This document shows positions 1 to 10,254 of a DNA stretch of 20,529 nt, piece after piece. Position numbers and translations under genes: made by a program. Source of the DNA: Craspedostauros australis (taxonomy: Eukaryota). The notes under the pieces were generated by a model that saw only the letters and a program-made list of their open reading frames with translations, ran no database searches and was not told where the DNA came from. The stretch spans positions 62,001 to 82,529 of the forward strand of contig JALAGF010000485.1 in the NCBI GenBank assembly GCA_030167865.1, given 5' to 3'. Numbering within the stretch: position 1 is the stretch's first letter; every line of letters starts with the position of its first letter.

Positions 1-406
1 TGGCAGTACCCACGAGGACTGGCATCACGAGTGCCGAAAGCAGCAGCGGTACTGCAACGAAAGTGAAGACGGTGACGACTTGATGTGATGTGTTGCGGTG
101 CGAGCATGCGTACGCGTGAATATGAATAGACGACACAATTCTATCAGGCACGTAAGCACACTCCAGAACCAAAGCAGAGTGCCCAACTTAGAGCAGCATG
201 TGACATGATATCCATCTTGAATTACGGTATTAGACTGGAAAGATTACAGAATATAATACTATTGTAGAATACGAGGTCTTGCTTGGTCTGCTCTGTCAAC
301 GTGCACTGTTGGATGAGTATTTCTCTTTGTAGCCACGGAATGCAGAGGACATGAACGGAGAAACAATAACTATTATGTACTCGCACAGCATAATGCCACT
401 ACCCTC

Positions 407-441
407 CTCTGCTCTACGCTACTCTGCTCTACTCTGCTCTC
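407..441. repeat. Degenerate pentamer microsatellite (CTCTG/CTCTA)n
   Basis: ctctgctctacgctactctgctctactctgctctc read directly. Confidence 0.75.
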
Positions 442-1291
442 TTGGCGACCTCTCCCAGATTGGCTGGGATGTATTGAACCTCGGCGGTCTACTCGAAACG
501 CTGTTTGTGACGTCTGCCAACAAGCCCAGAACTTCTGGGTGCGTGAGGTATCTTCGGCGAACTGTTTGATCGGAGGTGGAATCGTGACAATGATACTTCT
601 GCGAAGTGTGCCGGAAGCAATGCAGCGCAGGGCCTTCACCGTTCAAATGAAGCGGTTACATAATTAGCGGTTGGAAGACGTTGTTTGGACTTATTCAAAT
701 GGAAGAAAGCGGTTACGCCAGCATGTGTGTGTCATTTGTGTGTCACGCAGGCGGTTCATTGGTGGTCTCTTCTGCGTTGTGGATGACGTCTCGGCAACCA
801 AGGGAGGAAGGGACCAGCAGCAGTGGAGGCACCTCACCACAGCGATGTGACAAAGAGAGAGTGTCTGCGCAATAACGCAGTACAAGTTGCTCGTGGAGTA
901 TCACGTGCGGCGCAGAACAGCACAGCGCAAGACTGGAAGCAAGCTCATCCACAAAAGCGCAATTCAAATCAGGTTGCTGTCCTCTCTCTCTTCTAGCAGA
1001 GCATAGTCAGCAGTGTAATCATTGTATTACCGACATCATCGACACCATAGACACCACCATCACCATCAACATCACACTCTACCATACTCACAGTCGTCAC
1101 AACCGCGATACCACCAGGTGTTGTTGTTGTTGTCCGCAGCCCCCGGCTCCAGTCTCCTTTGCGAATTGACGTTGACACAGTTTCGAGAGGACCAACCAAG
1201 AAACGGCACAAGCAAGAAAGCCAGTCAAATAAATCCCACAGCGCTGCTTCCCAGAAGCTGAAAGACACTTGCTTGCGGACACCCCACAACA

Positions 1292-1326
1292 ATCGACTAT
1301 CGACTATCGACTATAGACTATCGACC
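1292..1326 (+). repeat. Heptamer tandem repeat (ATCGACT)x5, imperfect, just upstream of the phosphatase ATG
   Basis: atcgact atcgact atcgact atagact atcgacc read directly. Confidence 0.85.
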
Positions 1327-1344
1327 ATCAACAAGAAACAAGCC

Positions 1345-2917
1345 ATGGGAAAAGCAAGCGGAGCAACGCCGCAGCGCGCCACGAACAACTATGCAGCACC
1401 GCACACCCCGATCGCATCGGCCAAGCGGCCACGATCCAGCATGGACAGGTCCATGCTGAGCCCAAGCGGCCACAAGAGCGGTCTGCCAGCCACTCCCCTC
1501 GTCAAGGGCGATCCCAACACCCCGGTGCCCAACGAAGGCGCGGGATCGCTCAAGACCCCACCGTCCGGCAGACCCCCGCTGGCCTCCGCGGATGCGTCCG
1601 ATCAGCCAATGTCGCCCATGCACCCCGCGCGCCCCATGAGCGTCCACGACCTCAAGATCAAGGAGAAGCTCTCCGTGCATCTCGAGGCCGACGAGGAGGC
1701 CGATGAGGCCGCCGCCATCGAGAGGCAGAACGACGCGCTCTTCAGTCCCGTCCTGCACCTGGACAAGGACGACGAGAAGCTCGATGGCGACGACGCAGCC
1801 ACTTCGGTCACCGACGAGGACGTGGCCAAGGCACAGCCATCCGACGGCTCCAACAACGACTACGAAGGGGAGGAGAGGCTGCAGGCCAACCGGGATCATC
1901 AGGGTGGTCACGATGGCGCGGGAGTCGCTGCCGATGACCACGACCATCAGCCGGAGGAGGAGGAGGAGGAGGAAGCCTCCCACCACGAGGAGACCGATGA
2001 AGAGGACGAGTTCAACCCATACCACTTCATCAAGTACCTCCCCAGCTACGAGCTCGTGGAGCCGTTGCGACCACCCATCAGCCTCCCGCCCAAGGACAAG
2101 GACAGTCCGCCAATCAGCCTCGTCCTCGATCTGGACGAAACTCTCGTGCACTGCACGGTGGAGCCGGTCGATGATGCCGACCTAGTCTTCCCCGTCGTCT
2201 TTCACGGCATGACCTACCAGGTCCACGTGCGCTTGCGTCCACACCTCTTCACCTTCCTCGAAAAGATCAAGGGCAAGTTCGAGGTCATCGTCTTCACCGC
2301 CTCGCAGAAGGTCTACGCCAACGAGTTGCTCAACTTGATTGATCCAGGTCAGTTCCATGCGTTCTTGTTCTATGCAGTTCCATCTCTCTCTCTCTTTCTT
2401 CCTTCATCTGTGTGTTGTGCGAGGAGTCGGCACAGAACCTTTTCACTCACCACCATCGCAATTCTCGTCCCACACACAATTCTGTTCGGAAACCATTTCA
2501 TTCCTTTCCTTTCTGGAATTCATTCTCGTTTGGGATGTTTCTGGTGCGCTTCTTCCAAACACAACAACAACGACAACGACAACCACCACCACAACCACAA
2601 CAACGATAATCACAGACGGCAAATACATACAGCACAGACTCTTCCGCGAGTCCTGCCTCGCCGTGGAGGGCAACTTCCTCAAGGACCTTACCGTCCTCGG
2701 TCGGGACCTGCGAAAGGCCGTGCTCGTCGACAACTCCCCGCACGCCTTCGGGTACCAGGTGGACAACGGCATCCCCATCGAATCATGGTTCGATGAGCCC
2801 ACCGACACCGAGCTCCTCAAGCTCGAGAGATTCCTGCGAAGTCTGCACGGTGCCCCAGACGTCCGCAAGTTGGTCAGGAAAAAGTTCCAGACGCATCGCC
2901 TGGTTCAGGAATCCTAA
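1345..2917 (+). CDS. CTD small phosphatase-like protein (FCP1/SCP family HAD phosphatase, CTDSPL2/SCP4-like); exons 1345-2347 and 2616-2917, ~434 aa
   Basis: Catalytic LVLDLDETLVH motif, VRLRPHL, FEVIVFTASQKVYAN, and after splicing HRLFRESC...KDLTVLGRDL...VLVDNSPHAFGYQVDNGIPIESWF...D.ELLKL. Intron GTCAGT(2348)...CACAG(2615) joins the frames as IDP-D-GKY. The ATG at 1345 follows a CAA-rich leader. The N-terminus is acidic and Ser/Pro-rich. Confidence 0.93.
2348..2615 (+). other. Spliceosomal intron (268 nt) in the CTD phosphatase gene
   Basis: GT...AG ends; removal restores a continuous SCP phosphatase domain across a frame change. Confidence 0.9.
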
Positions 2918-3455
2918 AGCAGCGTTTCCAGAGTGTCACCATGAGTACTCGTATTATACATGCGTATGGTACATGCGTATGGTACGACCTATGACAGGGT
3001 AGACAACGCTGCCCTTACACCAACTCTTCACCGCGCGGCCGTAAATGCCAATGATCGCAGAGGCATGACGTCGAAACATTCATTCGACTGTCCACGATCG
3101 TGGCACTGGTTGGAATTAATACTCTACCATACTACACGTAGGTAATACTCCAACTTCCCACGATCCTCTGCTCAGCATTGCAAGCAACATGCAGCAGTGA
3201 AGGGAACTGGTGTTGCTCTCAATCACGAAGGCACTCACACAAAGGAAGCCAACATCATCGGGGCTGGATGGAAGGAATCAAGCCATCCCATTTTGGGGGA
3301 ACAACAATAACAATGACAATGAAAACAGAAGTTATAACGACGGCAGTGGCGACAACGAGATAATACGCACGCACGCACGCACTGCACACACGGCGCACAG
3401 ACGCAGACAAACACAGGAACACGCACAGCACGAGGACAGCACAAGAACACAGACG

Positions 3456-4088
3456 ATGTCGAACGCAACAGCGACAGCAACGACGCCGACGACAAAGGCA
3501 ATCATAAAAAACAAAGAATAAAAAGAATACAAACAATTAAAAATCATCCTCCCAGAGTATGGAATACTCATCAAGGTGCAGAACATCCTCTTGAGCACAA
3601 TGAAAGAAGCTGATGAGCGAAGCGGAGGTGGAGTAGAATGCAAACAGGTCCAACACGACGCGACTCCGAGTGCGCAGCGCAAAGCACAAAAGGTGACCTG
3701 TGGTTGGGTTGATGCCGTCACAGAAGCATCCGTGAATGCAGCATTGGACTCTCACCCAAACTTGGGAACGGACAAGACCATGTCACGAGAGAATAACGCA
3801 CTGTGCAATGACATTGTGTTGTGGTCATTCGGACAAACCTTGACACTTATCCTTCGTTTCCGGCAAGAACGAATTCTGTGAATGCGTCGAGGTTTGGTCT
3901 TGGGTCGTCACCGAGGACGGATGAAACACAAACGAGAACGGCGTACAGCAAGGGGAACATCAGCTCTCTCTCTCCCTGCGGAGTTCAAGTTGGTGAGGGA
4001 GGGAGCCGGCATTGTGATTGATCTAACATGGGATCCAGCTAACATGATGGATGCTGAAGGTGGTAATTGTGTTGTGTTGTGGTGCTAG
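3456..4088 (+). pseudogene. Possible decayed gene: one reading frame with two internal stops
   Basis: ATG 3456 MSNATATATTPTTKAIIKNKE*(TAA 3519-3521)KEYKQLKIILPEYGILIKVQNILL...RQERIL*(TGA 3879-3881)MRRG...AEFKLVREGAGIVIDLTWD...C*, all in one frame. It follows a CA-rich leader like those before real genes here. No family recognised. Confidence 0.3.
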
Positions 4089-4734
4089 AGGGATAGTGCG
4101 TGTATGTATGGTAAGTGAGCTACTACTGATCATCGTTCGGATACTGCTGCAGCCTTTGCTTGCGTGATGTCACGACTTATGAGTGATGTGATCTGTTGCA
4201 TTGGACTCTCATCGAATCGAGGAGGCTTGCCAAGAACGAACAAGAGTGCAAGTCCGAGTAGAGCTTCTGGTTCTTGTTCGTGCATCCAAAACATCATCGA
4301 CGACTTGGCGTTGTGGCGTCCATCCCCCCGTTCACGTGGTTGGGAACGGGGATGGAGCATCCGTGAGAGACCATGGGCCTGACGGGTGCGAGAACCACGG
4401 CGATCGTTCGATGAATGCTTGGATGCGTGTGCGCATTGATGCGGCAGTGGTGGCGATCTTGGTGGGTGAGAGCTGATTGGGTTGGGCGAGTCGTAGCCCA
4501 GCGCCAATCAGTCCCAAGGAGGCTCTGTATGTTGGTGAGTGTGTGCGCGGGCAGAACCGCGCAAGCACGACGACGACTTCCGCTTTCACCAAGAACTTTC
4601 ACGGTGTTGATCGTTGTTGATCGTTGTATTGTATAACTGTAACTGTCGTTATAAATGTCAGTGCCGTATCTGCTGTACCTGCGAGACCATGAGCAAGGCA
4701 AGTGGCCACTCGAGCACCGGAGGGGTGACCGGCG

Positions 4735-5598
4735 TTATGAGTTGACGTTCATCTGTTTGCGACGGAAGCTGCTGGTGGTCTTGCCCCACCAGGACTTGGC
4801 CTTGATGTTGCCCTCCTCCTTGCGGAGGTGCTTGAGGTTGCTGGCGGCGCCGCGCGTGGCTGGGTGATCCTGCCCCAGCGTGGCCTCGAACATGGAGAGG
4901 GCTTTTCGGTAGAGCTCTTCGGAGTTGTTGAGGTCGTTCTGCTCGCGGTAGAGGCAGGCCAGCTTGCACATGATGTCGGCGCAGTCCATGTTGCTGATGC
5001 CGCCAAAGACCTTGTCCTCCATGGAGAGCGCTTCGCGGTAGACCTTGATGGCGGCGGGCAGTTTCCTTCGGTTGCACAGCTGGTCTCCCTCCTGCTCGTA
5101 CTGCAGCCACTGGTCGATGATCTCCATGTAGGATTGGTTGGAGAAGTCTACCTTGATGGATCCGTTGCTGATGCTCATGCTGCTGCGTGAGTTTGGCTTG
5201 CTGCCGGGCGTTTCGTCGAAGGAGCTGTGGGAGCTGTTGGTGCCCACGTCATCCATCCTGGGGACGCCCTCGAGGCAGCCGGCGACATCTTCCCTGAGCG
5301 TCTTCGTCGCGGTGTGATCCTTTCCGTAGCTGAGCTCGCACGTCCGGATGGCGCGCTTGAAGGCCACGAGGGCTGCTGGGACGTTGTCCTTGAGATGGAT
5401 CTTCGATCGGCCGATTCTCCAGTACGTCTTGATGGTGACCTTGTGGTACTTGCCCAGCACGGTCTCATTGGTCTTGAGCGCCTCTTCCAGCAGAGCCACG
5501 GCCCCTTCGAAGTTCTCCTGCTCATGCAGGGCCTTGGCCTGCTCGTACTTCTGTGATGCCTCCTCCAGGAGCTGCGTTGTTTTGTTCCGTGCGACCAT
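4735..5598 (-). CDS. Tetratricopeptide-repeat protein (kinesin light chain-like TPRs), ~287 aa
   Basis: Repeats EEALKTNETVLGKYHKVTIKTYWRIG, AIRTCELSYGKDHTAT, ALSMEDKVFGG...CADIMCKLACLYREQ and KALSMFEATLGQDHPATRGAASNL. Strong C/G third-position bias. First in-frame ATG at 5598; the ORF-track start at 5877 is GTG. Confidence 0.85.
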   Translation of the reverse strand: MVARNKTTQLLEEASQKYEQAKALHEQENFEGAVALLEEALKTNETVLGKYHKVTIKTYWRIGRSKIHLKDNVPAALVAFKRAIRTCELSYGKDHTATKTLREDVAGCLEGVPRMDDVGTNSSHSSFDETPGSKPNSRSSMSISNGSIKVDFSNQSYMEIIDQWLQYEQEGDQLCNRRKLPAAIKVYREALSMEDKVFGGISNMDCADIMCKLACLYREQNDLNNSEELYRKALSMFEATLGQDHPATRGAASNLKHLRKEEGNIKAKSWWGKTTSSFRRKQMNVNS

Positions 5599-8500
5599 CT
5601 TGTTATTATTCTTGTGCTTGTTCTTCTGCTTGTGGTCGCTGTTGTTGTCAGAGTCGCTGTTGTTGTTAGAGTCGTTGTCAGACTCTGTTGGTGCAGGAAT
5701 GGCTGTCTCGATGGCGTCTTCCACTGCGTCGATAATGATGACGGATTGGTTCACCGCGGCGTCGGTCTCACGCTCTGCTTCGTTGTGGTGGTTGGGTTGC
5801 GTGATTGTTGCGGTTTGCTTGTCGCTATTTGTTGGGTCTGCTTGATTGTTTGATTGCTTGATTGTGGGTGGAGGCACAATATCTGGGTTGGTGGTGGAGG
5901 AGCGTGGCTGTTCCCGTTGACTTCCGTGTGACGATATGTGACGACTCGTGCTGTGATTGTTGTGATTGTTGTCTTGTGTGATTGCAGTTGCTGGTGTTGT
6001 GGGTTGATGCGATTACAACTGAGGCCTGCGGATGGCGGTGGTGGCGAGAAACGAGTTGGTCGTGCTGAGAAGCTTCGCGGTTGCTTGTGCTGTGCTGTTG
6101 TGCGGTTGGGTCGTTGTTCCTGTTTGGGTGACCGGTGTGTGGCTTCTTGAGCAGGGTCGCGATCGTGTCAGGTGTTGCTGTCGTTGCCTGGTTGTGGAAG
6201 CGTCTGTGTGTGCGACCTCTGAGTGTCGTTGATTGTTGTTGGTTGTCGTTGATTGTCTGAGCCGTTCTCAAGATGCCGGCCGTTCCGAAGCCAACCAAGA
6301 ATGCTGAAGTGAAAGTGAACGTGGATGTGGATGTGAACAACGTGGAGTTGGTTGAAGCTTTGCTTTTGGGATTCAACTGTTGGGACCTCTTTCAAACCTT
6401 TCTCGAACTGAGATTGTGAAGGAGGTGGGAAGGTGGTTGTTAGTGCTTTGCGGCTCTTGTTGGTTGTCTCTTGTGTGGTTCTTGCCGTGTGGTTGTGTTT
6501 TCTGTCTTCTGTTTTCTGTGTGTGTGTCGGTGTGTGCGTGTTTGCGTTCCTTTGTTGGTGTGCGAACTACTCCTGCTCTCTGCTCAACGGGCTTTTGTGC
6601 ATGTTGGTCCTGCTTTTCTTCGGCCCCTCTTCTCTCCCTCTCTCAATTTCTCCTCCGCTTATCTCCGCTTACCTCGTTCGAACTGCGCGTGCTTGCAGTC
6701 CACGCCACCGCCCACCGTCTTGTTTCCTCTTTCTCCTTCGTCCCGTTCTTGCCACTCCGCTCACAGTCGTCCGCTCGCTGTCACGAAGCTGCGCGCATGT
6801 GTGCGCAATGATGCTGAGGAAAACGCCGCACAAAACGGACCGGGGTTTTCCAGCCCTCGCGATGTCGTCGTGACTCGTGTTCATGCTCCCCCAATCAAAA
6901 CATCGCGGGACCGCAACAACGACGACCTCGACAAGAACAACGTCGGAAAATTCCGTCAAATTCGTTGCCCAACACGACCCATCTTTGGCCGCAAGGAGTC
7001 ACTTGCTGACGTCAGTACTCTCAACCACCACACGAGGAGACACGAACGCAACGCAACCAAGACCAACTCGATTCTCACGCATCACTCCCGTTCAAATAGC
7101 GCTTCGCAGGATGTGCACGGAACTTTGTTCATCCCGACACGACAGCGACACTCTAGGACGACTCCAGGACATTCACTTCCCAATTATTTATCCTTATTTC
7201 CAAAATCGAGAGACAAGGCCATTTAAGGCTGGCGTGATCTTGTCTTGCCCGAAGGGACGAAAACGCCTCGGGTGTCATTCAGTCGCGGAATAAAAGTCGC
7301 AGCGACATGGCTACAGGCATCAGCGAGGTCTATTTTCGCGCTTCCGGCAACCCAAAAGCTCCCGCTTCTGTTCCTTGGCAGGAGTTTCGATCCGATTCGA
7401 TCCGATTCTCACAATTATCTGCCGTGTTTGTGTCGCCGGAGAAGAAACCAGCATTGCCCAAGTAATCGTGGTCTGTCAACGCTCTGTTTGCACGTACAAA
7501 TACACTCCTTTTGCCACCTCTCCTTCTTTCCTCAAATTGCCACACCATCTTGCCTATCCTCCGCATCGCTTGGCGCATCGGCATTCGGCATTGCCTCCAT
7601 CGGTGAGCCGTTCTTCTCCATCTCCCTTGTGCGGACGATACGACAAAGTATAGTACTCTACTCTACTTTACGTGCAGCAGCTATCCTTCTCCTTCCTCTT
7701 TGTTCAACATTCGTCCGTCGCTTCCTTCTCTATCGTGTGTAGACAGTACCAGAACCACATGCTTCACCCTCACATACTCGACACCTGCTCTCAGTTCGTT
7801 GGATCACTTAGATGAGAAGAATGGAGCGAGAGACGTTCTGACTACGCGTGAACAGTGCTGGAACTTTGGAGGATCCTCCAACTTACTCTGCAATCATGCG
7901 TCATGCGTCTCGGCTTCACCCATCAACAGAGGAAGAACTTATTCTTCGTCGGCTGCTTCGGAACAATTGCCAAGAGGTGCCGGCAACTATGGACGAACAC
8001 ATCCCCATCCGGACACGGAAAGGGATGCAACTCTTGGTACGATTGATCGTCCTCGAACCAATCTCTTCCATTGGGAGGTGGCGTGCGTCGACACGTACTC
8101 TACGATGCTCCCAATGTCGCAAGGATCAGGCCAGGCAACATCGAAGATGGCAGCAATCACATGGATGATGGCAATGATGATCAACAGCCAATCGTATAAT
8201 ACTACTCTACGATAGTATGGTGTCATGGTTATTGATAGCTCTCGCAGGGAAACGAATGCGTGTCAATCAATGTGTCACGTATACGTCCAGATCTTCGGCA
8301 ACAAGATGAGTGACACGCCACGGAGTATCACCTTCCCATTCGATCCGACTACTCATGCATTCTCTTCTTGCCCTGTCGAGCAGTCTCTGTCGACGAATAC
8401 AGTACCTACTCTATTCTTCAGTATGGTGAAGCCTTGCAATTTGGCAGCGCCGCCTGATTGGCATCAAATTGCTTCCAACACGTTCAAAAACCAAATCAGT

Positions 8501-8744
8501 GCAACCCATCCATCCATCCTTTCTCCCACCGATGCCGCCATTCATCTGCACACACGTACTGTACGTATGAGCATTGCAGAATGTGATATTATGCGATTGA
8601 AGAGAGAAGAGTAATCAGCGTGCTCCAATCGTTCTCCTCCATGTCGCGTCATGTTGGGCTCGCCTCCGCTCACATGCAACATCATCATGCAGCATGATTC
8701 CGTTTCACTTCACTTTACTTCGCTTCATTTGAGTTCGTTCCGCT

Positions 8745-9368
8745 TCACATTATCGCCGACGAAGACAGTAGAAGGGTAACGACGCCGACCAACGACCAAA
8801 CCACGACGAGCGCAATTCCGGACGCGCTGCCGCACAACTGGACGCCGGCGCATTGGCAAGCCACGCGCTGCTGCGTATCGATCTGCGCCGCGATTGGATT
8901 GTCGCCCCAGGCTTGGCAAAAGGATTGGCATTTGCCGACGCTCGTGATGTTCAAGTCCGCGCAATCATCCACTGCTCCCTCGTACGTGAAGACGGTCTCT
9001 TGATCAACGCACCGGAAGAAGTCCGGCACGTGGGTGCAGTTGCAGCTGGTGAAGCGGTAGATGTTGGGATCGTCCGACGTCGGTCCGATGGCGTAGTCCA
9101 CCCATTGCATTCGATCTTCCTTTTCGCAGATCCTGAGGCAGTCGGCTTTGGTGGTGTCCTTGTTGACGCCATTCGTCTTGCAGGGCTTTGCGGGGAATTC
9201 AGTTCCGCCCTGGGCTCGTGCGAAGAAACTGGCAGATGATAGTGGCGATGACGATGACGATGGCTGCAGCAGAAGCGTGGATTGAGTTGTCCACAGCAGG
9301 AACAAGACTGCGAATGAGCGCTTCATGGAGAGGAACATTGTCTCGGATCGTCTTGCGTCAGACATCAT
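8745..9368 (-). CDS. Small secreted Cys-rich surface protein, probably GPI-anchored or C-terminally membrane-anchored, 207 aa
   Basis: N-terminal hydrophobic stretch (KRSFAVLFLLW), 12 Cys in two C...CxxxC...CxC...C modules, N-glycosylation sequons NCT and NIT, then GSASG followed by a terminal hydrophobic tail with no cytosolic charged residues. Start Met (M1/M2/M11/M15) is uncertain. Confidence 0.75.
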   Translation of the reverse strand: MMSDARRSETMFLSMKRSFAVLFLLWTTQSTLLLQPSSSSSPLSSASFFARAQGGTEFPAKPCKTNGVNKDTTKADCLRICEKEDRMQWVDYAIGPTSDDPNIYRFTSCNCTHVPDFFRCVDQETVFTYEGAVDDCADLNITSVGKCQSFCQAWGDNPIAAQIDTQQRVACQCAGVQLCGSASGIALVVVWSLVGVVTLLLSSSAIM

Positions 9369-10254
9369 TGTGGCGGAGAGAAGAGAAAGGTTGCTCTCTT
9401 TGGCTGTCGATGAAGTGGGTGATGTATACTATTCTACGATCTATGGTTGTTAGCGACGCTGTTGATGGCTCCGACGGTTGTGCGTACAGGTATGGCGCTG
9501 TGTCGGCAACCAAATGATGTAATAGATGCGAACGCTGGTGTGGGCGTTGATGCGTTTGCCCTCTCCGATGATCCTGCCCGTAGTGCCGTTCTCGTTCTCT
9601 CGCGTCATGAAGTGGCTTTCACTCTTCCTGCAGCAGCGACACGAATGTGACCCGCAACGCGGATGGAGGCATTCGGCTGGGCAAGCCCAAGAAGGGTCAT
9701 CGTGGAGTGTTCGTGTTGATGCCTTGGACCAACCAAGATTGGATTCGACCGCGGAAACAAGATACTATTCGCAGTCGTGCGAAGCGATGGGTCCAATTAG
9801 TCCATCAAGGAGTGAAAGAGACGTCTTGCCATCATCCGTCATGACGTACTTTCGAATTGCCGATGGCGTGACACACGTCGAAACGTGCACAAGATTCCCA
9901 CATCGTACGGGCAATCTGCAATCTACCTTGCCTACCTCGTGTCGGGGAGCACGACCACCGACGTGTGGATCTGCCGCTTCCTCCTCTCTTCCGATCCTCT
10001 CTGCGCTGACACAGAGAAGATCATGTGGGCGATGTCGGTGACGAGGATGGACGACGACCGCCAACCAGGCAATCCAGTTCAACCAGCGACGAACCGGACG
10101 TGGCTTTTGGCAGAACGGAAACAGAACGAAATCAAATCAATCGGCATCACACACTTGCAGGTACATGGAGTACAGTACATTTGCGCAGCTCACAAATAGC
10201 AACATCACATAACATCATATCGGCAACGTCAACGACAATATCAACGACAACACC

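Noticed and set aside
1-88. Possible 3' end of a gene entering from the left
   Set aside because: Under 30 codons are open in more than one frame; frame and product cannot be assigned.
642-718. Short imperfect direct repeat ttcaaatg...aagcggttac as a CRISPR-like array
   Set aside because: Only two imperfect copies, in a eukaryotic context, with no cas genes.
1318-2151. 277-aa antisense ORF (likewise 10147-11292, 11490-11954, 14268-15224, 18280-18801)
   Set aside because: Antisense shadows of real, codon-biased genes; no recognisable motifs.
1159-2796. 545-aa ORF as a complete unspliced protein
   Set aside because: Starts at TTG in the leader and reads through the intron into the wrong frame; the phosphatase domain is complete only after splicing 2348-2615.
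3879-3881. In-frame TGA as selenocysteine
   Set aside because: No redox-motif context, no SECIS recognised, and an upstream in-frame TAA also interrupts the frame.
6380-7742. Overlapping 140-250 aa ORFs and palindromic TGACGTCA-like boxes
   Set aside because: The ORFs derive from GT/CT-rich low-complexity sequence, mostly with non-ATG starts; short palindromes are expected by chance.
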